Numbered from the stretch's first letter, positions 17,986-27,202 are shown. The stretch: 41,420 nucleotides of DNA from Chlamydiales bacterium (GCA_036736085.1 DAINNB010000001.1:1-41420); one strand, 5' to 3'. Notes: generated from the sequence alone by a model not told the origin. Numbers and translations: made by a program.

Positions 17986-18885
17986 TTAGGCTTGGAGTTG
18001 TTCTTTTTTGGTGCAGCGGAGGATGTAGAGGTTGCTGGCTACGATGATGGCTGCGCCGAGGACGGTGTTGAGGTCTACGATTTTTTGCCACCAGAAGAAG
18101 TCGAGGGCTACGACCCAGAAGAAAGATGAGTAGTCGATGGGGGCCAGGAGTGAGGCTTGGGCGAAGCGGAGAGCTTGAGCGATGAGGTATTGTCCAAACG
18201 CGGTGATGGCTCCTACGAGGAGGAAGAGGGCCCAGTGGGTCCAGGGCATAGGGGTCCAGATAGTGAAGAGAAAGGGGAGGGTGAAGAGGATCATGGTGAG
18301 GTTGGGGTAGATGGCAATCGAGAGGCTGTGTTCCGTTTCGGCGAGGCGTCTCATGAGGATTTTGTTGAGCGAGCCTAGGAAGGCTCCAAGGAGGACGAGC
18401 AGAGCTGTCCATTCCATGACGCCGGAGCCTGGCCGCGTTGCGATGACGACGCCCAGCATGCCGAGGGCGACGGCTGCCCATCTATGCCAGGAGACCTTTT
18501 CTTTTAGCATAATGGCGCTAAGGAGGATCATGAAAAAGGGAGAGGTGTAAGAGAGGGTGTAGACCTCTGTCAAAGAGCCCATTGACATGGCTAGCATAAA
18601 AGAGCAGGTGTAGACGAGGTTTACTCCGAGCCGTACGGCATGTCTTGCGGGGTGAGAGGTGCTGAGGACTTTTTTTACGCCTCCTTGAAAGTAAACTGCG
18701 ACGAGGAGGGGGATGAGCCTTGTCAGCGCCCTTAGAATCATGGTTTGTTTGACGGCGTAGCTTGACATGAGATGCTTGAGGCAGGCGTCGGAAAGGGCGT
18801 AACAGATAAGAGCGAGACACATCGCGGAAACGCCCATAAAGGCTCGATCTTGAAGGCTTCTATTAGACTCTCTTGCTTGCGTCAT
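17986..18885 (-). CDS. EamA/DMT-superfamily transporter (10-TM type)
   Basis: 299 aa and highly hydrophobic, with two EamA-like halves. Its nucleotide composition and codon usage differ strikingly from its neighbours: GC-rich, with C-ending codons (CTC, ATC, GCC, GTC, ACC, TAC). Confidence 0.8.
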   Translation of the reverse strand: MTQARESNRSLQDRAFMGVSAMCLALICYALSDACLKHLMSSYAVKQTMILRALTRLIPLLVAVYFQGGVKKVLSTSHPARHAVRLGVNLVYTCSFMLAMSMGSLTEVYTLSYTSPFFMILLSAIMLKEKVSWHRWAAVALGMLGVVIATRPGSGVMEWTALLVLLGAFLGSLNKILMRRLAETEHSLSIAIYPNLTMILFTLPFLFTIWTPMPWTHWALFLLVGAITAFGQYLIAQALRFAQASLLAPIDYSSFFWVVALDFFWWQKIVDLNTVLGAAIIVASNLYILRCTKKEQLQA

Positions 18886-18932
18886 GCGAATACTCTCATT
18901 AAGACCTATTTATATTAAGAGATATCCCTTAT

Positions 18933-19745
18933 TTATAAAATCGGTTTTTTGGCTTTGATCAAAAGATGCCACCCAGCTTTTTTTTCAAGAACGTGGAAAA
19001 GCTTGAGAGGGAGGAGGTTCCAGGGAAATTTTTTTACATAATTTAATTTTTTATATTCTTTCAGACGATAAGGAAAGATGTGTGTTTTTTTGCATTCAAT
19101 GATTTCAAATTTTTCTAATAATTTAGTAATTTCTTTTTTCGAGAAAGTGACGGCGATCGGACATCCTGGCTGGGCTTCGGGTTGAGCCCTTTTTAGATAA
19201 ATTAAAAAATTTTTAATGCTATATTTAGCATAGAGCATGATCCTTAGCTCTCCTCCAGGCTTAAGGACCTTGAAACATTCATTGAGAGCCAACGTGGGAC
19301 GGGGAGTATGATGAAGGACGCCGAAGGAATAAACGAGATCAAATTGTTTGTTTGGAAAATAGGAAGCAAGTTCTTCCGCATTGCCTAAAATAAAATCGGC
19401 TTTAAGATTAAAAACCTTAAATCTTTTTTTTGTGATTGCGATATTATTTTCAGCTAGGTCCAAAGAGGTCAAGAGAGCTCCGGCTCTAGCGAAATTGATC
19501 GAATCGGTCCCTATTCCACAGCCTACTTCCAAAACATCCTTCCCCTTCCATCTTTCAAAGTCAGCAAATAAAGGGATATGAGGTTCTACGAAATATTTTC
19601 TTTTTTCGACCTCATTGAAATATTCTAAAGTTCCGATGGGAAAGTTACTGTGTTTTATATTACAAGGCTGTCTATTCCAATACTCTTTTACGTTGTGAAT
19701 TTGCATGCAATTTCGTTGATCTGTCTCATTACTGTATGAGCCCAT
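18933..19745 (-). CDS. class I SAM-dependent methyltransferase
   Basis: VLEVGCGIGTDSINFA (motif I) and LKPGGEL (post-II). The internal ATG at 19706 (MQIHNV...) is a likelier start because it shortens the overlap with the upstream gene. Confidence 0.8.
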   Translation of the reverse strand: MGSYSNETDQRNCMQIHNVKEYWNRQPCNIKHSNFPIGTLEYFNEVEKRKYFVEPHIPLFADFERWKGKDVLEVGCGIGTDSINFARAGALLTSLDLAENNIAITKKRFKVFNLKADFILGNAEELASYFPNKQFDLVYSFGVLHHTPRPTLALNECFKVLKPGGELRIMLYAKYSIKNFLIYLKRAQPEAQPGCPIAVTFSKKEITKLLEKFEIIECKKTHIFPYRLKEYKKLNYVKKFPWNLLPLKLFHVLEKKAGWHLLIKAKKPIL

Positions 19746-20704
19746 TCTTCTGGTAAAAATGGAGTTATTTGAGGACTTTTTAAAAACTTCTGAGCTTCGT
19801 TTAAATAATTTTGATATGTTTTTTTATCTATGCTTTTTAGAAATAAATAAAGTTCTTCGTCAGAAGAAAAATGATCGCGGCTGATGAAACAAGTGGACGG
19901 CACGTACTTGGTAATATCTGGAGCTCCCAGATAAATAGGAACGCATTGAGAATACATTGCCTGGAATAGTCTTTCCGTTGTAAATCCGCGGGCTTGAATA
20001 TTCTCGTAGGCGAGGGTAAATTTGTAATTTTTCAGGAGATTATTTTTTAGAAATACCGTTTCTTCTGTTCTTCCCGTTTTGTTCCAAGGACATGGGCCTA
20101 GCCTACCCCGCCAAGCTGGATATCCTTCCCAGCCTGCGCCAAATAGGTCGAACCCTTCTTTGCTTGAAAAATAACTGGCAGAAGCTCTTCTTGCGGGGGT
20201 TCCAGGATTAACTTGGGGATCGTTCGTTTGAATCATGACGCAAAATTTTTTATCCTCGAAGGCTGGGATGTTTCCGACGACTTTGTTTTCTGTAATGCGA
20301 TGGAAATATTTGAAGAATAACCGGTTATCGACCAAATCTTCGAATAGGATAAATATTTTCCCATAAAAATCTCCAAGCCGTCTGTCATACATCCATTGGC
20401 AATGCGTAGGAGGTTCTTGTACGAATAAAAAACATCGCTCTTTAGGAACTTTGGAGTAAGCGAGGCCTTCGAGGAGCCTTGAATTAAGTAGACAGGTACT
20501 AAACACGCACATGGCGTTTTTCAGATCAAAGCTATTGTTAGTTACTTTGAATTCATATCCTGCCTTTTCTACAGCTTCTCTGATGCGCATGTAAGGGACG
20601 GCAACCCCGTCTGGCAAAGCAAAGCGATCATAGTAGTAATTTTTTTCAGCCATGTCCACGACTAGCGCGTAGACGACATTTTTTTTATTAGGATCATCAC
20701 TCAT
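19688..20704 (-). CDS. family 10 glycosyltransferase (alpha-1,3/4-fucosyltransferase-like)
   Basis: KKFCVMIQTN...FDLFGAGW...YKFTLAYENIQARGFTTERLFQAMYSQCVPIYLGAPD matches the GT10 core motif F.L.FEN....DY.TEK......g.VPVy.G. Confidence 0.85.
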   Translation of the reverse strand: MSDDPNKKNVVYALVVDMAEKNYYYDRFALPDGVAVPYMRIREAVEKAGYEFKVTNNSFDLKNAMCVFSTCLLNSRLLEGLAYSKVPKERCFLFVQEPPTHCQWMYDRRLGDFYGKIFILFEDLVDNRLFFKYFHRITENKVVGNIPAFEDKKFCVMIQTNDPQVNPGTPARRASASYFSSKEGFDLFGAGWEGYPAWRGRLGPCPWNKTGRTEETVFLKNNLLKNYKFTLAYENIQARGFTTERLFQAMYSQCVPIYLGAPDITKYVPSTCFISRDHFSSDEELYLFLKSIDKKTYQNYLNEAQKFLKSPQITPFLPEEWAHTVMRQINEIACKFTT

Positions 20705-20741
20705 GGTTCACGACAATTAAGGTTTTATGTTGTTTTTTTTG

Positions 20742-21683
20742 TTATTGTATATTCTCGTATGTCTTTCGAAAGAAAGAGTGTTGGTTTCTTGAGAATGAAT
20801 TTATATACGTTTCGGTCGGATGATAACCCTGTTGTATTTTTTGCTTTAATTCTTTGTATAAAGGTCGCGGGTCTTGATGTGGAATTATATTCATGGTGTT
20901 AAGAGCTATATCATCTATATTAGGATTGAAATGGCTGGCTAATTCGATCATATTGCTTTGAGTTTTAATAATTAAGTTTGTTTTTGAAAACAGCAAGCAA
21001 TTAATCACTGTCATTTCCCCCATGTCATAAGGGTTGGGATGGTTGACATGGATGGGTTCTCCTCGGTCTTTTGACCTCATTTCATTCGTTTGATAGATCA
21101 CGCGAGGAAATCGAGATTTCATATGATCAATAAATCCCTCTTCATCGCTTTCTATAAAGATTATACATTGGTTAGGAGAAATCCCTCTTTCGTTTAATAT
21201 ATCGGAAAATTTATCTGAAAATTCTTGATAGGATATTAAGCTTGCCTCAGCCCCGCTCCTTGCAGAGGTTCCTCTATAAAATGCGCCAACTACAAACTCA
21301 TTTTTAAAGTGCTGATCGATATAATTATCTACTTTTTTAAGAATATGATCTTTAACTTTTATATATTTTCGCAGAATTTTATGGTTTTCTTCTTTTGTCT
21401 CACCTTTAAGACCAACGATTTCTGCCCCAGGAAACCAATGATACTCTAAGACATGCGCTCCATCAGGGCTTCCCACTTTAATCGGCTCAAAATAATATTC
21501 CCACCAATTATATCCATATTTTGGATCGTAATAATTTCCTGTTTTTTTATAATCTGCTTCGACCCCGGAAAAAATTCCAAGTTCATAAAAATGCAGAGCG
21601 GTAAGAAGGGTATTAAAACTTGCTCCAAATCCATGTCCTGGATGGCAAACTTTTTTGAAATAAAGTGGTTTATATTTTGTCAT
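20742..21683 (-). CDS. uncharacterised protein, candidate NodZ/GT23-like fucosyltransferase fold
   Basis: By eye it is colinear with NodZ landmarks: GHGFGASFNTLLTAL (cf. TGFGDCLWSLA), ...NWWEYYFEP (cf. NAFP.FFEP), VVGAFYRGT (cf. IGVHVRHGN), IIFIESDEEGFIDHMKSRFPRV (cf. FLCTDS...LFPDV). This is remote and untested. Confidence 0.4.
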   Translation of the reverse strand: MTKYKPLYFKKVCHPGHGFGASFNTLLTALHFYELGIFSGVEADYKKTGNYYDPKYGYNWWEYYFEPIKVGSPDGAHVLEYHWFPGAEIVGLKGETKEENHKILRKYIKVKDHILKKVDNYIDQHFKNEFVVGAFYRGTSARSGAEASLISYQEFSDKFSDILNERGISPNQCIIFIESDEEGFIDHMKSRFPRVIYQTNEMRSKDRGEPIHVNHPNPYDMGEMTVINCLLFSKTNLIIKTQSNMIELASHFNPNIDDIALNTMNIIPHQDPRPLYKELKQKIQQGYHPTETYINSFSRNQHSFFRKTYENIQ

Positions 21684-21689
21684 AAGTAT

Positions 21690-22529
21690 TTATCTTGCTT
21701 TTTTTGCAATTTCATAGAGTTCTCTTTTTGACCTAGCCCAGTCGTGGCAAGAGACGTGATGATACCCTCTTCTTTTCAGCTCCGGAAGTATCTCTAAGTT
21801 ATCTACTATATTTAGCCACTTCAGTTGTCTAATTTTGACTTGGTCCGTTCTTGAAAATGCGAAATGAAAATAGATTTCATAGTCAGCAATGGCGCATTGT
21901 CCTTTGACGAGCGATTTGTCGACTGTGTGGCAAATAGCCTTCCAGGTGGGAACTCCATGATGTTTTTCAATCCTGCTGAATAAATCTTCTAAGACAGGGC
22001 GTTGAAATAACATGTGAAATACAATCCCAGAGAGACCTGGTTGAATTTGCTTTAACCCGGGAAGCAGTCTTTCCATGTGTTCAAAATGCATTGCGCTAGG
22101 ATGTCCGCCTGGTGCATTGTATAAACCCGCCCCTGAGGAATCTATAAACTGAACGGGGTTGAGGAAGATTGTGTCGGAGTCGATGAGGAGAACGTTAGGT
22201 GAGAGATTGGGGATGACCAAAGGGGCGTATAATTTTAAGATTTGATTAAAAAATAATCTGTCGCGCCAGGTTAAATAATCGTTAGCTTCCTCAACGTCTT
22301 TAAAAATCTCGTAGGCAGCGTCGAATCTGGAAAAAGGGAATTTCCTTTCGTCAAACCATTCTGCTTTATCCGTTAAACGAACTTCAGAGAGAACCACTAT
22401 ACGGCCGATATTTTCGACGTTCTCTCGAAGGCCTTGGATGCAGAGGTCGATAGTATCCAAATCTTTAGGAGTTGATGGGATGACAACGTCAATAGGGCTT
22501 TGGGAAAATGGGTAGTTTGTTTTTTCCAT
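21690..22529 (-). CDS. putative GT-A-fold glycosyltransferase (DXD type)
   Basis: IDVVIPSTPKDLDTIDLCIQGL (N-terminal Rossmann-like strand) and LLIDSDTIF (DSD motif). I cannot assign a family. Confidence 0.4.
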   Translation of the reverse strand: MEKTNYPFSQSPIDVVIPSTPKDLDTIDLCIQGLRENVENIGRIVVLSEVRLTDKAEWFDERKFPFSRFDAAYEIFKDVEEANDYLTWRDRLFFNQILKLYAPLVIPNLSPNVLLIDSDTIFLNPVQFIDSSGAGLYNAPGGHPSAMHFEHMERLLPGLKQIQPGLSGIVFHMLFQRPVLEDLFSRIEKHHGVPTWKAICHTVDKSLVKGQCAIADYEIYFHFAFSRTDQVKIRQLKWLNIVDNLEILPELKRRGYHHVSCHDWARSKRELYEIAKKAR

Positions 22530-22548
22530 TTAATATCCTTTTTTTTAT

Positions 22549-23295
22549 CTAAATGAGAATTTTATTAAAGTTTGGAGCCATTTTTTGTAATATTGCAAAG
22601 TAGTTTGAGTAATTATTGTTTTCTAAATTTTCTTTCCATTCGGAAATATGAATCAAGCCTTGCGTAAATAATCTAAAAAGAACATACCCATTTTCGGTAA
22701 GCAATTTCATGACGTCGTGAAGAGTAATTCCAGCATCTGGGAATGTTCCTCCATATTCAAATTGAAGGGCAGAGATTTTATTTTCTCTTAATAAACGCGC
22801 AGCTCCTTGCAAAACAGCTAGTTCGCTCCCTTCTACATCAATTTTTACAAAGTCGATTTTTTCTATGTTATTTAAAAAACAAAAGTTATCTAACGTATCT
22901 ACTTCAACTTGAATGGTTTTTTCTCTGGATTTAAAGTCTGGTCTTTTTACAAAACTGCTCCATCCAAATTCAAATTCTTCGGTATTAAAGAATTCTCCAG
23001 AGCCTACATAATTAGATATTGCTTTATTATATAATTTAGCATTTGAATTTGTGATGTTTTCTTTAAGAGTTTTAAATATTCCGGTTACAGGTTCGAAAGC
23101 TATCACTCGAAGGCTTGGTTCTACGGTTAGAGCATATTTTGTCCAGTCTCCGGCGTTAGCCCCAATATCAAAAACAGTTTGATTTGCTTTTAAAAGATGA
23201 TGAAGTAAAAGTCCTTCGCCATTTGTTTCAATTTGGTTGAAATGATAGCCATGAGCTTCTGTTTGGGGGATGACTTTCAGCTGCGGTAGTTGCAT
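22549..23295 (-). CDS. FkbM-family methyltransferase
   Basis: VFDIGANAGDWT...AFEP...IDFVKIDVEGSELAVLQGA. Confidence 0.8.
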   Translation of the reverse strand: MQLPQLKVIPQTEAHGYHFNQIETNGEGLLLHHLLKANQTVFDIGANAGDWTKYALTVEPSLRVIAFEPVTGIFKTLKENITNSNAKLYNKAISNYVGSGEFFNTEEFEFGWSSFVKRPDFKSREKTIQVEVDTLDNFCFLNNIEKIDFVKIDVEGSELAVLQGAARLLRENKISALQFEYGGTFPDAGITLHDVMKLLTENGYVLFRLFTQGLIHISEWKENLENNNYSNYFAILQKMAPNFNKILI

Positions 23296-23422
23296 AACAG
23301 TCCTGTTTATTTTTGTAGGTGTATTTTTTTTTAGTTTATGTTGATTTTTTTATCAAATTGTTTTATTTTTATTTATTTAATTCTGTTTCTGTTTTATAAG
23401 AGCGTAAGTCATAAGTTTTATC

Positions 23423-24394
23423 ATGATTAGAAAAGATCCTGCGAAAAAAACTGTCTATGTTTTGTTGGAAGATTGCGGAAATCATGATATTTTCTTCGAT
23501 CGCTCCTCAAGAAAAGACGATTACGCTGTTCCCTATGTGTATCTTAGAGAAGCTATAGAAAATCTGGGGTATAATTTTGTTCCGACTTTTGACTACAAAG
23601 GGTTAGGATCTTATGACGATGTCGCCTACATCATTTCCATTACACTATTGAATCAAGATATCCTGGATAGTTTATCAAAACATCCTAAAGAAAAATGTTT
23701 TTTATTTGTTAACGAGCCTTATACGACTTACGGTCTGTTTTATGACAAGAGATTGAGACATTATTTTGGAAAAATCTTTGTCATGTTTGAGGAGTTTGTA
23801 GACAATCAATCTTATTTTAGTTATTTACACGCGCAATGTAATGAAAAATTCGCAGAAAATGTTCCCGAATTTGAAGATAAAAAATTTTGCGTCATGGTTC
23901 AATCGAACCATTTTTGTCCGCATCCGAAATCGATGTATGAAGAGAGAAGAAAGGCTGCCCGGTTTTTTTCCTCTGTCGGAGACTTTGATTTATATGGAGC
24001 TCGTTGGAATGATTTCTCGTGTTGGAAGGGAGCTTTTAAAACAGGCAAATTGGACGTCATTAAAAATTATAAATTTTGCCTCAGCTACGAAAATATCCAC
24101 GATCAATGCGGATACATAACGGAAAGAATTTTCGATGCCTTTTATGCTAGCTGCATTCCAATTTATTTAGGGCCTAAAAACATCTATGATTACATACCCA
24201 AAAATTGCTTTATTAACTTAACTGAATTCTCCTCTTACAACGATCTTTATCAATTTATGAATAGCATAGACAAAGAAACTTATCATTCTTATCTCAGCGC
24301 TGCCAAGGAATTCATTGCCAGCCCTGAGGCTTCGGTGTTTTCTAGCAGGCATCTTGCCAAAACGGTGCTGCAGCATCTAAACCCACCTGTTTAA
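23423..24394 (+). CDS. family 10 glycosyltransferase (alpha-1,3/4-fucosyltransferase-like), paralogue 2
   Basis: KKFCVMVQSN...FDLYGARW...YKFCLSYENIHDQCGYITERIFDAFYASCIPIYLGPKN. Confidence 0.85.
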   Translation: MIRKDPAKKTVYVLLEDCGNHDIFFDRSSRKDDYAVPYVYLREAIENLGYNFVPTFDYKGLGSYDDVAYIISITLLNQDILDSLSKHPKEKCFLFVNEPYTTYGLFYDKRLRHYFGKIFVMFEEFVDNQSYFSYLHAQCNEKFAENVPEFEDKKFCVMVQSNHFCPHPKSMYEERRKAARFFSSVGDFDLYGARWNDFSCWKGAFKTGKLDVIKNYKFCLSYENIHDQCGYITERIFDAFYASCIPIYLGPKNIYDYIPKNCFINLTEFSSYNDLYQFMNSIDKETYHSYLSAAKEFIASPEASVFSSRHLAKTVLQHLNPPV

Positions 24395-24408
24395 AAAAGG
24401 CCCCGCCC

Positions 24409-25031
24409 ATGACCCTCATGTTCTCTATGCTTTATTATCTCCGGAAAAACTTTTTGCCTCGAGAATCTACTATTGCAGTTGTCGGGGCCAATTGGGGCTC
24501 TCACGTTATCGAGATTAGCAAACTTTGGCCTCAAAGCACTCTCTACGCTTTCGAGCCTAATCCGAGGGTCTATCCGGCCTCAATGAAAATCTCTCTAAAG
24601 AGTCCCTCTATAACTCAATAAAAACCTACCAGCTAGCCCTCGGTGGAACAAACGGCATGCTAAATTTCTATGTAGACTTGCAAGATACAAGCTGCATCAG
24701 CTTTCTCTACACCCCCGCGGAAAAAAAGAAATTCTTCGAAACTCCCATCAAAGTCCCCGTCTTAACTTTAGACAAATGGGCTGAACTGCAAAATGTCTCC
24801 CACATCGATTTTCTCTACCTCGATATGCAAGGCGCGGAAGGAGACATGCTTAAAGCAAGCCCCACTCTCTTAAAAACCGTAAAAGTCATCGAACTGGAAT
24901 TCTATACCTACCCCGTCTACGAAGGAATCATGTTCCGCGACGAAATCAAAACGTTCCTCGAAGACGCCGGCTTCAAAACACTCTACCTAGAACCAGAAGA
25001 AAACGGCGAAGCCATTTTCGTCAGAAAATAA
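24409..25031 (+). pseudogene. FkbM-family methyltransferase split by a frameshift near 24564
   Basis: ORF 24409-24621 gives VVGANWGSHV...YAFEPNPRV. The expected continuation GLSGLNENLSKESLYNSIKTYQLALGGTNGMLNFY... is read in the next frame from about 24564 and joins ORF 24657-25031 (IDFLYLDMQGAEGDML). Confidence 0.7.
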
Positions 25032-25042
25032 ATACCCTTAGC

Positions 25043-25170
25043 AAAAGGGCTCTGCCCTTAGACCCGCAAACGGGATACGTCCCCTTAGGACCCCATTTTT
25101 TTATATAAGAAACAAAAGGGGTTCTAAGGGGGCGTGTTCCGTTTGCGGGTCTAAGGGCGGAGCCCTTTTC
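25043..25170. repeat. short (arms-only) member of the palindromic repeat family; likely bidirectional terminator
   Basis: aaaagggctctgcccttagacccgcaaacgggatacgtccccttaggacccc, an AT-rich loop, then ggggttctaagggggcgtgttccgtttgcgggtctaagggcggagcccttttc. It lacks the inner AGGTAATTGCAAAAG palindrome. It fills the gap between convergent genes and abuts the stop at 25171. Confidence 0.8.
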
Positions 25171-26067
25171 TTAGTTCCACCAGGCTGGATCGCAGGATTG
25201 GGAGTTTTCGTCGTAGCTGTACATATCTTCAGGATAGGGGGCGAAGACGTAAGGTACTCCTATCCAATCAGGGAGGTAGAGGTTTTCTTGGGGATTGGGA
25301 TAGGGGTGGCCTCCTGAGTGCCATTTGTCCGGGACGATCACTTTTTTATTGGGGTTTTGGTTAAGGTAGGCTCCCCACCAGGAGAAAGTCGAGTTGCAGA
25401 TGATGTTGTGTTTGCATTTTGACATGAGGAAGAGATCTTCTATGCCGTAGTTTCCGTCTACGAAAAGGAAGTTTTTGTCGGGGAATTTTTCTTTGAAATG
25501 TTTTTTACACCAATTAATCCTATCGGAGAAGAGGACAAATAGAGAATCGCTGGAGAAGTGCTGCATCGCTTTTTCATAGTACTCGAATCCTAAGAAAGGC
25601 TGCTGGTTGGTGTTATGAAATCGGATGCCAGAGGTTCTGGCGTGAATGCTTACTGTATTGGGATTTTCTAAGAGATCTTTGTATTTTGCGTGCAGGATAT
25701 TTAACGTCTGCTCTGATGGATCAAGAGTTTCTAGCAACCGGGATCGATGATGATGAAAATGTCTCCAGCTTTGAAAATAACCGTCTAAAATGACATCTTT
25801 TAGATAAGGGATTCTTTCTGGACAATAGGCGTCTTTTTCCCGGAAGATGGTGGAAAAATTTCTTGGGGGCTGAGACGTGTCGAGTCGGAAAAATAGGCGG
25901 TCTTTATTGTAAGACGTCCTGTTTTTTTTCGTATGAAGCCCAGGAAATATAGGGGTCATGTCATAATCCCAAGCGTACGCTAATGTCGCCGCTGTGATGA
26001 ATAGCTGGTTTCCTATCTGTCCATAAAATTGACATGTAACTAAAGGTTTTGAGTATTTGTCTGTCAT
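25171..26067 (-). CDS. family 11 glycosyltransferase (alpha-1,2-fucosyltransferase-like), paralogue 2
   Basis: GQIGNQLFITAATLAYAWDY, HARTS and NSTFSWWGAYLN. The C-terminus PYPEDMYSYDENSQ is shared with the other GT11 copies. Confidence 0.85.
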   Translation of the reverse strand: MTDKYSKPLVTCQFYGQIGNQLFITAATLAYAWDYDMTPIFPGLHTKKNRTSYNKDRLFFRLDTSQPPRNFSTIFREKDAYCPERIPYLKDVILDGYFQSWRHFHHHRSRLLETLDPSEQTLNILHAKYKDLLENPNTVSIHARTSGIRFHNTNQQPFLGFEYYEKAMQHFSSDSLFVLFSDRINWCKKHFKEKFPDKNFLFVDGNYGIEDLFLMSKCKHNIICNSTFSWWGAYLNQNPNKKVIVPDKWHSGGHPYPNPQENLYLPDWIGVPYVFAPYPEDMYSYDENSQSCDPAWWN

Positions 26068-26074
26068 GTAATTA

Positions 26075-27193
26075 TTATTTGTTTTGAATTACGTATTTAA
26101 ATATATTTCCATACTGCTGTCTGACTTTTTGAATGACATTTTCATTGTCTAAAATCGTCACTTCTTTTCCTTGGCTAGCAATTTTTTGGGCGATTAAAAG
26201 TTTTTGCGAATGCTCAATGATAGGAACGGGGCATTTTGGCTTATAGCAAACATCTTCAAATACATATTCGCTTAGGTTTTTTTCTAAGATTCTATTCGCA
26301 ATGAATTCGGCATGCATATTATTGGTTGCGTCAGTTGCTTTAAAGAGAACTGGGTTAATGCCTATGAGAGTTGCGTAGTTGCCTAAAGCCCTATTATCTC
26401 TTGGAAAGCAAGGACCGCCGAAGCCGTATCCTGGAGAGAGGTTTTTGCTTCCGATCCTTTGGTCTTTTCCAATGGCAGCCAAAATCTCTGTTTTATCGGC
26501 CCCTGGCGTAAGATCTGCGATGTCGCTAATCAAGTTGGCAAAGGCAATTTTGCTTGTAATAAAACAGTTAACCGCGAGCTTTGTAATCTCTGCGCTTTCG
26601 ATCGACATCCGCGCTATAGCAGGACTTGAGGAGCATAAATCGCTGTAAATCTTTTGGAGCGCGTCGCCTGCTTCTTTAGAGTCTTCCCCAATCAGCACCA
26701 TGTCTGGATTTTCTAGGCCATAAATAATGTTGCCCTGAGCAATAAATTCAGGGTTATAATTGAGGGTTGTATTTTTGCAGTCAGCAATTAACTTTTTTGC
26801 AGTCCCTTGAATATAGTTGGGAAAGACAGTAGAGCTGATGATAAGATGTTTATTTTCAATTGCTTTTTCGTTGATCTTGCTGAGAACTTCAGAAACGATT
26901 TCGTGATCGTAAGTCTGCACCTCTTGAATCGTATTGGTGGGAACTGCCAAAAAACAGATATTGGAAAAATCTAGCCCCTCTTGAAGAGAAGTAGTCGCCC
27001 TAAAATTTTTGCTGTTTACTAGGTAGTTTCTGACATTTGGCTCTGAAGAATCTAAGGTTTTTGTGTTGATCTGCTCGATGTAGTCTGGAGACAGGTCGAC
27101 TCCTAATACAGAGTAGCCGGCTTTTTCCAAACATAGCGCAAGACAAATCCCTAGACGCCCGATCCCAATCACAGTAATATTTTTTGATTCCAA
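26075..27193 (-). CDS. nucleotide-sugar 6-dehydrogenase (UDP-Glc/GDP-Man dehydrogenase family, short form)
   Basis: ITVIGIGRLGICLA and GYGFGGPCFPRDN, with the catalytic Cys present. TTG start with GGAGG 5 nt upstream. Confidence 0.8.
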   Translation of the reverse strand: MESKNITVIGIGRLGICLALCLEKAGYSVLGVDLSPDYIEQINTKTLDSSEPNVRNYLVNSKNFRATTSLQEGLDFSNICFLAVPTNTIQEVQTYDHEIVSEVLSKINEKAIENKHLIISSTVFPNYIQGTAKKLIADCKNTTLNYNPEFIAQGNIIYGLENPDMVLIGEDSKEAGDALQKIYSDLCSSSPAIARMSIESAEITKLAVNCFITSKIAFANLISDIADLTPGADKTEILAAIGKDQRIGSKNLSPGYGFGGPCFPRDNRALGNYATLIGINPVLFKATDATNNMHAEFIANRILEKNLSEYVFEDVCYKPKCPVPIIEHSQKLLIAQKIASQGKEVTILDNENVIQKVRQQYGNIFKYVIQNK

Positions 27194-27202
27194 GGGAACC
27201 TC

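Noticed and set aside
17957-18820. Pro/Arg-rich ORFs (17957-18481 minus, 18518-18820 minus, 18157-18378 plus, 18311-18550 plus).
   Set aside because: These are alternative-frame artefacts of the GC-rich DMT transporter gene. They are low-complexity P/R/G translations typical of out-of-frame reading of GC-rich coding DNA.
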